DNA of 64,000 bases from an uncultured Candidatus Babeliaceae bacterium (GTDB taxonomy: Bacteria; Babelota; Babeliae; Babelales; Babelaceae): contig OY969927.1 of NCBI GenBank assembly GCA_963704655.1, forward strand, positions 64,001 through 128,000, given 5' to 3'. The notes below the pieces were generated by a model that saw only the letters and a program-made list of their open reading frames with translations, was not told the DNA's origin and made no database searches. This document shows positions 13,445 through 22,948 of this stretch, in pieces (the stretch's first letter is position 1; each line of letters opens with the position of its first letter). The position numbers and the translations under genes were made by a program.

Positions 13445-13534
13445 ACTTGATATAGTTTTGGGTGTATGATTACGTAATGGGCAATTAATTATATTAAATA
13501 TCTGTTGTGCTTTATGTATTAAAATGGGTCTCTT

Positions 13535-14077
13535 ATGAAAAAAACTCTTTTTCTTTCCGGTTTATTGGGCATATTCGTTCCATTTGCTTTTTGTGAGCAA
13601 TTGCAGCAAGAATTAATTTTTGATCAAAATTCAGATCAAGTTCTTGAAGAAGATATGAATTCGCATGATAAAATTCATTTGCCAACAGGCAGGCATGTTA
13701 TTGCAGACTTGTGGGAATGCGAATTTTGCCATTATACCGATGATATTGAAGATGTTTTACGTCAAGCTGCCCAAAAAGCTTCAGCAACAGTTCTTAATAT
13801 TACAATAGAAAAATTTCCAGAAATAGAAGTTGATGGCAAAATGGTGCAGGGTATGACCGGTACGGTGATACTTTCAGAATCGCATATAGCTTTTCATACT
13901 TGGCCCGAGTCTAGTTTTGTTGCAGTTGATATCTTTACCTGTGGGACAAATGCACTTCCTGAAAAGGGTTTAGAGGTTATTTTAGAGCATTTTAAGCCTA
14001 AAATAAGTAATGTGCGTATACTTGGTCGTGGCCAAGCTGCCGAAAGTAACGCGCCTGAGTGCGTCAATAGTAATTAA
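13535..14077 (+). CDS. speD: S-adenosylmethionine decarboxylase proenzyme with N-terminal signal-like extension
   Basis: GRHVIADL, LSESHIAFHTWPE self-cleavage motif, DIFTCG. Confidence 0.9.
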   Translation: MKKTLFLSGLLGIFVPFAFCEQLQQELIFDQNSDQVLEEDMNSHDKIHLPTGRHVIADLWECEFCHYTDDIEDVLRQAAQKASATVLNITIEKFPEIEVDGKMVQGMTGTVILSESHIAFHTWPESSFVAVDIFTCGTNALPEKGLEVILEHFKPKISNVRILGRGQAAESNAPECVNSN

Positions 14078-14081
14078 ACAC

Positions 14082-14109
14082 TTCCGATTTTTTATTTGGG
14101 TGTTATACT
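14082..14109 (+). promoter_or_regulatory. putative promoter of the second 5S gene
   Basis: TTCCGA-16 bp-TATACT with extended -10 TG. Confidence 0.45.
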
Positions 14110-14136
14110 TAAAGAGTAATTTAGATTTAAAAAATT

Positions 14137-14252
14137 TCCTGGTGCGTACAGTTGTGGGGTCACACCCGTTCCCATTCCGAATACGGCAGTTAAGTCTACA
14201 ACGTCGATGATACTTACCTGGTGACGGGTTGGAAAAGTAGATAGTGCCAGGA
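14137..14252 (+). rRNA. rrf: 5S ribosomal RNA, copy 2 (outside the operon)
   Basis: Identical to 13287-13402 except one T>C (GCGTATA vs GCGTACA). Confidence 0.96.
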
Positions 14253-14260
14253 TTAAAATT

Positions 14261-14296
14261 AAAAGCCTCAGTAATAAAATAACTGAGGCTTTTTTT
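14261..14296 (+). terminator. terminator after 5S copy 2
   Basis: AAAAGCCTCAGT...ACTGAGGCTTTTTTT. Confidence 0.85.
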
Positions 14297-14350
14297 AGGC
14301 ATTTGATATACTTAATTCCATATATTACACAAAATTAATAAGGTAAGGAT

Positions 14351-14650
14351 ATGTATAAGTTTTTAAAGTCGAATACTTGGTTACTCTTTTTAGGATCTTA
14401 TATGCCATTATTAGCAGAAGTTGAAGTTGGTCAAATATATCAACATTATAACGGTAAGCAGTATGAGATTTTAGCCATCGGTAGGCTCACTGAATCTGAC
14501 ATATTAGAAGAATGCGTGGTTTACAAAGCGCTTTACGACGACCCACAGTTTGGTAAGGGACAAGTCTGGATAAGGCCACTTGAGATGTTTGTGGAAGAAG
14601 TGGTTATTAATGGTCAATCAATGCCGCGGTTTAAGCAGATTTACTTATAA
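14351..14650 (+). CDS. DUF1653 domain protein
   Basis: GQIYQHYNGKQYEIL, VVYKALY, VWIRPLEMF, PRF. Confidence 0.85.
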   Translation: MYKFLKSNTWLLFLGSYMPLLAEVEVGQIYQHYNGKQYEILAIGRLTESDILEECVVYKALYDDPQFGKGQVWIRPLEMFVEEVVINGQSMPRFKQIYL

Positions 14651-16050
14651 TGCTTAAGTTCTTGATTTAGGTAATTGTGCAATCTAGCCATCGGTTTTAT
14701 GTTATTGATACCAGATGATTTGAGGTGATCGATAACCAAGCGCAAAACAATATCTTTAAGTTTTTCTTGATACAGTGCCATGTTTTCTGGGCTTATTCCG
14801 TTATATCTAAATACTTTAATTTTAGGATGCATATCAAGTATCGGGTCAAAGAACATAAGTCGTGCTTGCCAACGCGAGAAATTATAAGATGTAGAAGGAG
14901 CCGTGCGCATATATTCAATCAATGGCCGAATTGATGTATGTCGCTTTTTATGATAATCGAAGTGCGATGAAAGTACCACCGTATTGTATGGTTTACCCCA
15001 TGCCTCAGATAAGTACACAAGGTCATCAACCATATCATGTGGTATACAAATCTGCAGCAAATTACCGGTAGATGAATCGAGGTAAGATTTCAGATCTGTA
15101 AGTTCTTTTAGATATTTTGTGTCAAAATTGTAATGCGTAAAAATTGGACTTAAGCGTTCATGCAAGCTCGCCCAACTTATACTTGAATTTTCTAGAAAGT
15201 AACTGAATGTGCATTCGCCCCCGCAGAAGTGGCTGCCAAATAATGAAAGGTTTACGGAAATCATCTGGCTACGCGTCAACTCATTATCATCATTGATAGA
15301 TGTGTGAGCATCAAGATATTCATTCACGTTTTTATAGGGAATCGCGTGAATATCTTTAATCCGCATGCAGGCAAAATCTGAACGTGGGCAAATCAAATTC
15401 ATGTATCCGTTTAACAATTTAATAAAGTCTTGTAGGATAATATAATCTTTCCTATGCGCATGGTAAAAGAAATAATGGGTTTTGCAAAGTTCTTTTTCTT
15501 TTGCGATAACTTGGTCTATGAGCTCTTTATGAGTTTCAAGTTCATTGGTGTAAGTCCAGCAGCCTCCAACCCAACAACTGCGGCTACCAAAAACAGAGTC
15601 AATCTCAGATTTATAGTGCTTAAGATATGCTTCAGTTTGTGTTAATGGTACATCAGCAGCTGGAGAATCTGTTAAAAGCTCATTCGATTCAATCTGTTCT
15701 TGCAGTGCTCTAAAGCGCTCTTTAAGCTCTTGAAGCAGCTGCATATGAGTTACAAAAGGGGTATGTTTTGAAATAAATGTAGAAATTTTTACCAGTTTTA
15801 TCGTACATTTAGTTTTGAGAATATTTTTTACGCTAAAATTTTCTATTTTATTATCAAAATATGATTCAACAGCTTCCAATTCCTGTGGCTTGCCAGTAGT
15901 TACCATAAAGTATGTTTTTACTGTTTCTGCAAATACATTTATGTAGTCAGTTATGTAGTCAGTCATTACAAATGCCTTGCAGGGCGCTTGAAACAGCAGC
16001 GCACTATGGAGTAAAAATGTTATTAAAATTTTAAAGTTTTTTATATTCAT
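14641..16050 (-). CDS. exported hypothetical protein, FYHA family paralog A
   Basis: Signal peptide; YFFYHAH, SVNLSLFGS, ECTFSYF, GNLLQICIP, WQARLMF shared with the next two ORFs. Confidence 0.75.
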   Translation of the reverse strand: MNIKNFKILITFLLHSALLFQAPCKAFVMTDYITDYINVFAETVKTYFMVTTGKPQELEAVESYFDNKIENFSVKNILKTKCTIKLVKISTFISKHTPFVTHMQLLQELKERFRALQEQIESNELLTDSPAADVPLTQTEAYLKHYKSEIDSVFGSRSCWVGGCWTYTNELETHKELIDQVIAKEKELCKTHYFFYHAHRKDYIILQDFIKLLNGYMNLICPRSDFACMRIKDIHAIPYKNVNEYLDAHTSINDDNELTRSQMISVNLSLFGSHFCGGECTFSYFLENSSISWASLHERLSPIFTHYNFDTKYLKELTDLKSYLDSSTGNLLQICIPHDMVDDLVYLSEAWGKPYNTVVLSSHFDYHKKRHTSIRPLIEYMRTAPSTSYNFSRWQARLMFFDPILDMHPKIKVFRYNGISPENMALYQEKLKDIVLRLVIDHLKSSGINNIKPMARLHNYLNQELKHYK

Positions 16051-17417
16051 ACTCGTATATCCTTATGCTGTATCTGCTTGTAATAATAATGCAATCTATG
16101 CAAAGGTTGTTTGCCAGAGATATCTGATGTTTTAAGGTAATCGAGTATCAAACGAGTAACGATATTACGCAATTTTTGCTGGTAAATGGCTGCATTCTCG
16201 GGGGTTATCGTGTTATATCTAAATACTTTAATTCCAGGATGTATATCAAGTATCGGGTCAAAGAACATGAGTCGAGCCTGCCAATGTGATAAATTATAAA
16301 TTTTATGTGGTGCCGTACGCATATGTTCAAGTAATGGTCGTATCGATGTGTGACGTTTTTTATCATAATCGTAGTGTTCCGCAAGTTCGGCAGTATTATA
16401 TGGCATACCCCCTGGTTTTGCTAAGTATACAAGATCGTCAACCATGTCATGAGGTATGCAGATTTGTAGTAGGTTGCCTGTAGGCGAAGTAAGATGAGAA
16501 GTTAGGTCAATAAGTTCCGGAATATATTTTTTATCTAGCCCATAATGTGAAAACACTTCACTTAAACGATTAAGCAAACCGCTAGAAAACATACTTCGGT
16601 TATTAAAAAAATACTCAAATGTGCATTCGCACCCTTTTATGTTTGTGTGGCTTCCAAAAAGTGCAAGATTAACTGAGAGCATATAACTTTGTATTGGTTG
16701 ATCATAATTATGGAAATAAGTATGGGCATCAAGGAATTCATCAACATTTTTATATGGAATTTGGGTAAGCCCCTTTAAACGAATGCACGTAAAATCTAAA
16801 CGTGGGCCAATCAACTGCATATAGGTATGTAATAATTTCATAAAATCATGCAAGATAATAAGCTCTCTATCGTGTGCATGGTAAAAGAAATAGTGAGTAT
16901 TAGAAAGTTCTTTCTCTTTTGAAATTATTTGATCTATTAAATCTTTATACTTTTCAATGGGCTTTTCAGGATAATAGTCCTTCCTAAAAGTCCTATTAAC
17001 CTCACGCTGATAGTATTTAAGGTATGCTTCGGTTTGTGTTAATTTTACGTCAGTAACAGGTGAAATCACATGAGATTTAGTTTTTTCTTGTAGCTCACCA
17101 ATTCGAGCCTTAAGCTCTTGAAGTAATTGCATATGAGCAACAAAAGAACCATGTTCTGAGGTTATTTTAGAACTACTATTAACTGTTATTGTACTTTTAG
17201 TTTTGAGTAGATCCTTTACGCTAAAACTTTCTAATTTATTATCAAAATATGCTTCAATAACTTCCAATTCCTGTGGCTTGCCAGTAGTTACCATAAAGTA
17301 TGTTTTTACCGTTTTTGTAAATACATTTATGTAGTCAGTTATTACAAATGCCTTGCAGGGCGCCTGAAATAATGCACTATGCAGTAAAAATGTTATTAAA
17401 ATTCTAGAGTTTTTCAT
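16047..17417 (-). CDS. exported hypothetical protein, FYHA family paralog B
   Basis: Close paralog of 14641..16050 with near-identical 5' DNA; stop overlaps the next start (ATGA). Confidence 0.75.
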   Translation of the reverse strand: MKNSRILITFLLHSALFQAPCKAFVITDYINVFTKTVKTYFMVTTGKPQELEVIEAYFDNKLESFSVKDLLKTKSTITVNSSSKITSEHGSFVAHMQLLQELKARIGELQEKTKSHVISPVTDVKLTQTEAYLKYYQREVNRTFRKDYYPEKPIEKYKDLIDQIISKEKELSNTHYFFYHAHDRELIILHDFMKLLHTYMQLIGPRLDFTCIRLKGLTQIPYKNVDEFLDAHTYFHNYDQPIQSYMLSVNLALFGSHTNIKGCECTFEYFFNNRSMFSSGLLNRLSEVFSHYGLDKKYIPELIDLTSHLTSPTGNLLQICIPHDMVDDLVYLAKPGGMPYNTAELAEHYDYDKKRHTSIRPLLEHMRTAPHKIYNLSHWQARLMFFDPILDIHPGIKVFRYNTITPENAAIYQQKLRNIVTRLILDYLKTSDISGKQPLHRLHYYYKQIQHKDIRV

Positions 17418-17438
17418 ACTAATACATCCTTATGTTTT

Positions 17439-18434
17439 TTAACGGCCCTTAAGCCAAGATTTTAGCAGGCGATCAGTTAATTTTTTAAGCTTATGCTCGT
17501 ATGCTTTAAGCTGTTTTGGATGAACTGTTGTGTACCTAAATATTTTTACGCCGCTTAAAGGGTTCAGGAGGATATCCTGTGAAAACAATAACCGTCCCTG
17601 TAATCGGTCAAGCGTCATGCCAAATTTGTGCGGCTCTTGGCAATAAACATCCAAAATGGGTGTTAAGGCAGGATATCGTTGCTTGCTATGATCAAATAGA
17701 TCACCCATTAACTCGTGGTTCCTGTAAGGTGTTCCTAATCTTTGTGCGGCAAATGCGATTTTATCTATATATTTAACGGGCACAAAAATTTGAAAAAGAG
17801 AGCCCTCATTTGTTTTGATACTTTCATTTAATTCAAGCAATTGAGCTATATATTTTTTGTTGAATTTAAAGTAGTCGAATATCTCTTCAAGTAATTGATC
17901 TACAGCGGGCGCTTTAATACTTTTGTTATTAAAAAAGTATTTGAACGTACATTCACCAAAATGGCCATAGTTTTTGCTGCTTCCAAACAATGAAAAGTTA
18001 ACGCTCAACATGCGCTTTGAAAGATACGATTTATTATCATTCCAATCCTTTGGCTTTCCCTCTTCATGCTCATCAATAAAGGTGTTTGCATCGATAGTTG
18101 CTGGGAAATCATGCCAAGAACGCAGAAAATGGAAATTTTCAACGCTGACATCAGGATTCATAAAGGCATATACGTTCTTGATAAAATCCTGCAGAATGCG
18201 ATATTCACATTTTTGTGCATGATAAAACACATGATGGGTGCCATCATGCAATAATTCTTGGTAAAGTGCTTGATCAATTAAAGACTCATACTGTTTAATT
18301 TCTAGAGACCAAGAGCCATGCGCAAGTTCGTGAAGCTCAGGCACATTCAAATATGAATGGGTAGCCGGAAGAGCATTAATAGGTGCTCCGGCAAATACAA
18401 TACAAAAGAATATGGTATATATTTGTTTTAACAT
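17439..18434 (-). CDS. exported hypothetical protein, FYHA family paralog C
   Basis: Signal peptide; HVFYHAQ, SVNFSLFGS, ECTFKYF, GSLFQIFVP, LQGRLLF. Confidence 0.75.
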   Translation of the reverse strand: MLKQIYTIFFCIVFAGAPINALPATHSYLNVPELHELAHGSWSLEIKQYESLIDQALYQELLHDGTHHVFYHAQKCEYRILQDFIKNVYAFMNPDVSVENFHFLRSWHDFPATIDANTFIDEHEEGKPKDWNDNKSYLSKRMLSVNFSLFGSSKNYGHFGECTFKYFFNNKSIKAPAVDQLLEEIFDYFKFNKKYIAQLLELNESIKTNEGSLFQIFVPVKYIDKIAFAAQRLGTPYRNHELMGDLFDHSKQRYPALTPILDVYCQEPHKFGMTLDRLQGRLLFSQDILLNPLSGVKIFRYTTVHPKQLKAYEHKLKKLTDRLLKSWLKGR

Positions 18435-18446
18435 TATAGTATCTCC

Positions 18447-18965
18447 TTAATCCTGAAACACCGCGTGGGCAGCTTCTATTGTTTCTGGGCTATAGCGATC
18501 ATTGATATGAATCGAATAATAACTTTCTCCAATTTGATCACGTATCTCTTTCTTCAATGCCAAAATCATTTCTAATGGCGCATCAGTGCTTAATACCAGG
18601 GCAGCCATTGGAAGTGGTTTATAAGAAGATGCAGATATATACGGCCTAAAATATTTTTTTGCGCTCTTATGTGACATGCTTTTATGCAGTTTTTGATACA
18701 ACAAAAAGATGTTTGGCTTTTTGAGTGCCATTTTTTTAACGTATTTTACCGAAGCATGCTCGTTAAGTTTCGTGATGATGTAATCTAAGCAGCTATAGCC
18801 TCTTGGCCACACAATAACTACATAGCTGTTATTATGGGACTCACAGAACTCAAGTGCTTGCGCATCATTAGCCAAATCTGTTTCAAAATAGGTTTTGCCG
18901 GGCTTTTGTGCATTTATGCACAAGGTCATGAGGCATGCCAGCAAAAAAATGGTTATTCTTTTCAT
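18447..18965 (-). CDS. exported hypothetical protein, distant NDP-kinase-like motif pattern
   Basis: Signal peptide; YVVIVWP and IRDQIGESYYSIHINDRYSPETIEAAHAVF. Confidence 0.6.
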   Translation of the reverse strand: MKRITIFLLACLMTLCINAQKPGKTYFETDLANDAQALEFCESHNNSYVVIVWPRGYSCLDYIITKLNEHASVKYVKKMALKKPNIFLLYQKLHKSMSHKSAKKYFRPYISASSYKPLPMAALVLSTDAPLEMILALKKEIRDQIGESYYSIHINDRYSPETIEAAHAVFQD

Positions 18966-19110
18966 AAAAACCCTTAATTAATTTCCAGATTGAAATAATC
19001 TTATTATCTTTCACTATAGCCGAATGCAATAAATTGTCAACTTGAAAAATATCTGAAAGGGTGTATATTAAGAATAAAGTATAATTGTGTTAAATATGGG
19101 GAAAATAAGT

Positions 19111-19803
19111 ATGAAAATTCTAAGATTAAGTATGCTCTGGATAGCCCTTATAGGGGCATTTACAGGCCCACTTACAGCAGAAAATTATTCATATCATGCA
19201 GCAGGGGTACTTCTTTATGCGCACGATGACGCAGGAAGAACAAAAATCCTTTTGGGACTAAGCTCTGTTCATGGTGATGAAGCTTCTGATTTTGGTGGAT
19301 TGATGGACGATATAGATAGATACCGTCCAGAATTGACTGCTGCCAGAGAGGGATGCGAAGAGTTGATGTTCCTTTTTGATAGCGATAGCGCTTTTCATGA
19401 GCTTCTTTTGTTACGAAATAAATACAAAAAAAACTTTGATATAGCAAAAGCACCTAGTGGCTCTTATAAGTATCTACTTAACGCATTGGCAGATGGCTGT
19501 CCTTATTCATTAAGTGAAGGGTACATCATGCACTTTGTTAAAATTCCTTATCAGGAGCACCTTCCTGCGGTATTTTCAAGAAGAAAATCACTTTATAAAA
19601 CGCTCTATAAGGGCTGTTTGCCGCATTGTTGGAACGAAACATTGAGCTTGGTTTGGGCAGATTTAGATGAGGTTTATACCGCTATCAGAATGAGAGCGTC
19701 TTTTGAACCCATTACCATAAAAGGGTGCACATTGTATGAGCCCTTTGTAAAATCACTTTTAGTGGCAGAATCACAAAAAATCATCTTGAAAATCCAATTT
19801 TAA
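19111..19803 (+). CDS. exported Nudix-like hydrolase
   Basis: Signal peptide; AAGVLLYA...ILLG...DFGG-x10-TAAREGCEEL is a variant Nudix box. Confidence 0.7.
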   Translation: MKILRLSMLWIALIGAFTGPLTAENYSYHAAGVLLYAHDDAGRTKILLGLSSVHGDEASDFGGLMDDIDRYRPELTAAREGCEELMFLFDSDSAFHELLLLRNKYKKNFDIAKAPSGSYKYLLNALADGCPYSLSEGYIMHFVKIPYQEHLPAVFSRRKSLYKTLYKGCLPHCWNETLSLVWADLDEVYTAIRMRASFEPITIKGCTLYEPFVKSLLVAESQKIILKIQF

Positions 19804-19935
19804 ACCCTAAAATAGCTTTAAAATTCAATCCTGGGCCAGTTTAATTGGTAGTTTTTTGGGGGAAGTTAAACAAAAGAGAAAAGGCTCGTTTTGGCCATTT
19901 TTGCCCCCAATTGGGGGTTTTATTGATTAGAAGTT

Positions 19936-19964
19936 AGGGGCTCTTTCCAGAGCCCCTTTTTTTT
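19936..19964. terminator. rho-independent terminator between convergent genes
   Basis: AGGGGCTCT-TTCC-AGAGCCCCT followed by a T-run. Confidence 0.75.
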
Positions 19965-19969
19965 GAATA

Positions 19970-20320
19970 TTACTTGCTGTGATCAATCAGAGAAATAAGC
20001 TTTTTTGCAGCTTCTTTGATCTCATGATGATGTTTATTGGCAGATTCTTGCTCAGCAGCAATTAAAGCGCTTTTGTGTAATACACTAAAATCTCCGTAAG
20101 GATAAACAAATTTATCTTTACTCGTTGTGTCAGCTTCTGTGTTAATACCTAAAAACCATAACCCATACTCTTCAAGTGAGTGGGTATTAAGAAAGCGGAC
20201 ATGTTCGTCTGGAGTAGCTTTAACTTCGTTCCAGTTGCTTACGTCGTGCTCAACTTCTAAGCCATCTTTAATCATCTCAACTGCATGGTCATAGCCAGCT
20301 TTATTAACTTTTATCGACAT
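19970..20320 (-). CDS. conserved hypothetical protein
   Basis: 116 aa, YGLWFLG...YPYGDF motifs; overlaps the upstream gene end as in an operon. Confidence 0.7.
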   Translation of the reverse strand: MSIKVNKAGYDHAVEMIKDGLEVEHDVSNWNEVKATPDEHVRFLNTHSLEEYGLWFLGINTEADTTSKDKFVYPYGDFSVLHKSALIAAEQESANKHHHEIKEAAKKLISLIDHSK

Positions 20321-20793
20321 GATCCTTTTCCTTCACAATTACATCCACACATTTGTTCGCATCCACACATTTGGGCAACCCAAAGAGTGAATGCTGTTAT
20401 TATACCACAAATAAAAATTCCCCATGCAATATCATAACCAACAATTTCTGTAGGCCAATTTGGTAAAACTGCGTAGTTTGTTAATTCGTAGGTGCCATAA
20501 ACAATAAGGCCGTAAATACCGCCTTTAACCAATGCGCATAGATATGAACCATGGGTGCGTGGCAGTACAAAAAGAATAATACCTTTAACGATAAGAGCCC
20601 AAACAGCTAATGCCGCAAGACATTTTACATCAAAGATCCCCATCCCGCCCATATGCGAAACTACTGCAAGTTTATCTTTATACATATCTTTCATAAGAAA
20701 GAATATCCATAAGCAGTCTAATGCGATATACGCAACTAATGAGATGACAAACAACTTGATTGTGTGCCAATTAAAACAGTGGAACATATACAC
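20311..20793 (-). CDS. DUF2177 family membrane protein
   Basis: LDCLWI, YGLIVYGTYELTNYAVLPNWP, DIAWG. Confidence 0.85.
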   Translation of the reverse strand: MYMFHCFNWHTIKLFVISLVAYIALDCLWIFFLMKDMYKDKLAVVSHMGGMGIFDVKCLAALAVWALIVKGIILFVLPRTHGSYLCALVKGGIYGLIVYGTYELTNYAVLPNWPTEIVGYDIAWGIFICGIITAFTLWVAQMCGCEQMCGCNCEGKGSCR

Positions 20794-20800
20794 TCCTTTT

Positions 20801-21151
20801 TTAAGTGTTGTGGGTTTTAAGATATTTCTCTAGTACTACTGCCTCATTATGTTTTTCATCATGGGCAGCATACATTAGTGTAACCGTTTCTTTGTGGGCA
20901 TATTCAAGAATTTGTTGAATATGGGCATCTTGTTTTTTTAATTCAGCTTTATATCGTTTTTCAAATTCTATCCATTTTTCTGGATCATGGTTAAACCATT
21001 TTCGTAATTCAGTTGATGGAGCAATCTCTTTAAGCCATAAATCTATATGTGCTTTTTCTTTGCTCATGCCGCGAGGCCAGAGTCTATCTACCAAAATTCT
21101 AAAGCCGTCATTTTTATCGTATGGTTCATAAATCCTTTTAATCGTAATCAT
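20801..21151 (-). CDS. DUF488 family protein (YeaO-like)
   Basis: [44 protein letters not shown]. Confidence 0.92.
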   Translation of the reverse strand: MITIKRIYEPYDKNDGFRILVDRLWPRGMSKEKAHIDLWLKEIAPSTELRKWFNHDPEKWIEFEKRYKAELKKQDAHIQQILEYAHKETVTLMYAAHDEKHNEAVVLEKYLKTHNT

Positions 21152-21789
21152 ACTTTTGAGGGTTTAAAAGGTGAAACAAATGGATTATCTTTTATAAAAA
21201 AACGCCACAAGTGATGCTGTGCTTTGTTTATTCCTATTCTGGGGCTCTGCAAAATGGTTTGTAAAGTATCTGGTCGTAAAATATTTTCTGTAACAAAAAG
21301 TTCTGTGGATGTTACGAGATTAAGATGGTTATATTTTTTGTTTATATCAAAGGCTTGGGTAAGTTTACCGGGCCCATTAGTAAGATTTTTAATTTCTTTG
21401 GGGCTTATTTGAAGTTTTCTGTTTTTTTTCATGATTTCGATACCTTTAAGTGGCTCTACTGCTCGAATTAAAACACCGCCGGCTGGATAATCTTTGCTTC
21501 GCGCAACTATGTTAAATCCATAATGTAACCCATGGCTCAAATACACATAGGCATGTCCTATGGGGCCAAACATGGCACTATTCCGTTCAGTTTTACCAAT
21601 AAAAGCATGACTTGCTGCATCATCAGACCGATAACTTTCTGTTTCTACAATCATACCAACAAGAAGATTATTGTTATGGTGCATAACTAAAAGTTTCCCT
21701 AAAAGTTCCTGGGCAACAAGAGTTGTTTCTTGGTTAAAGAAACTTTTTTTTAAACGGGCTTTTAATAATTTTTTTATGAGTAAATCCAT
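21148..21789 (-). CDS. mpg: DNA-3-methyladenine glycosylase (MPG/AAG family)
   Basis: [49 protein letters not shown]. Confidence 0.93.
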   Translation of the reverse strand: MDLLIKKLLKARLKKSFFNQETTLVAQELLGKLLVMHHNNNLLVGMIVETESYRSDDAASHAFIGKTERNSAMFGPIGHAYVYLSHGLHYGFNIVARSKDYPAGGVLIRAVEPLKGIEIMKKNRKLQISPKEIKNLTNGPGKLTQAFDINKKYNHLNLVTSTELFVTENILRPDTLQTILQSPRIGINKAQHHLWRFFIKDNPFVSPFKPSKV

Positions 21790-21932
21790 AAGTGGAGCAT
21801 AGATAACTTTTTAAACTTCTACAATACTATTTTTTACCTACCCCCAAAGATGGTACAGTAATAACTAGGGACATTAAAAATTGTACGCCTTTGCGTATCA
21901 AAAAAGTGCTATGCACAAAAAAAGGGGGGGTT

Positions 21933-22867
21933 ATGAAAATATCAGTAAAGATATTTCTGTCAGTATTAATTGTATTGTTTAGTAGGTTGCATACTCGTGC
22001 GCTTAATGAGTTTCTTGCGCAGTATCAAAGGCCAATTACGGTATTAGAAATAACTGATCAGCAGGAGTTTTATACATTAGCCTTTGCACAGCGGCAACAA
22101 AAAGGTGTTTTTGTTTGCTTATCTATGGCAGACAAAGTTGATTCGATAAAAAAAGGGTTCAAGATTATAACAATGCCGTGTTAGTTCATCCTAAAGAATT
22201 TTCAACCTCATCACTTGTTGATTTGGCTTCATGTGAGCATTTTGATGTAACTTTGGTGCATGATTGGGCAATGTTACAAAAAAACCCTTACATAGTAAGT
22301 GCATTACTTGAATTAGGGGATTATTTAATTATCGATGTATCAAATACGTTTGTTGATAAATTTTTATCTGAGGATCAAAAAAGTTATATTATATGGAAAC
22401 AAGACTTGCCTTATGGTAAGCAAAGAGTTTGTTTAAAAAAACTAAAGACTTCTTTGGGCAAGGCCCGATGGGTTATGAGCGCATTGGCTCAATCACGTCA
22501 GCCGTCATATACTATTTTAAGTACCTTTACAGAAAAAAAATTGGTAAAAGGGGCTCACAAAAAAACTTCAGATTGGGTGCCCGGCATAAATTTAGTAACA
22601 GCTATTATGCTTAATGTTAAATTCCCAACTAACGAAATTTTGCGCGAAAATATTAAACAATTTATGGACATTGATCATAATGACCCGGTGATTGGTAATA
22701 TGATTGTTCAGGGTAAAAAAGTTAAATTGATAGATTTTGCCGATTCGCGCAGAAATGCCGACCAAGAAAAGTGCCTTAAGGCAGCATTAAAGCTTTTTAC
22801 CTGGATCCATAGACCAAAGAATCCTTATGCAGCTATTCAGAAATATTCTGAGTATGTAAATAACTAA
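21933..22867 (+). pseudogene. exported protein split by a frameshift in an A7 run; kinase-like C-terminal motifs
   Basis: One extra A at 22148-22154 fuses the two ORFs (IKKRVQDYNNAVLVHP); C-terminus has HND...GNM...LIDF. Confidence 0.6.
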
Positions 22868-22869
22868 AC

Positions 22870-22910
22870 AAAAAAGCCCTACTTAACTTTACGCTAAGTA
22901 GGGCTTTTAA
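22870..22910. terminator. bidirectional terminator
   Basis: AAAAAAGCCCTACTTA...TAAGTAGGGCTTTT between convergent genes. Confidence 0.8.
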
Positions 22911-22948
22911 ATTTCTAAGCTAATGCGTTAGAAACTCAAATCACTAAA

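Noticed and set aside
13982-14302. ORFs across the second 5S gene
   Set aside because: Shadow frames of the 5S rRNA
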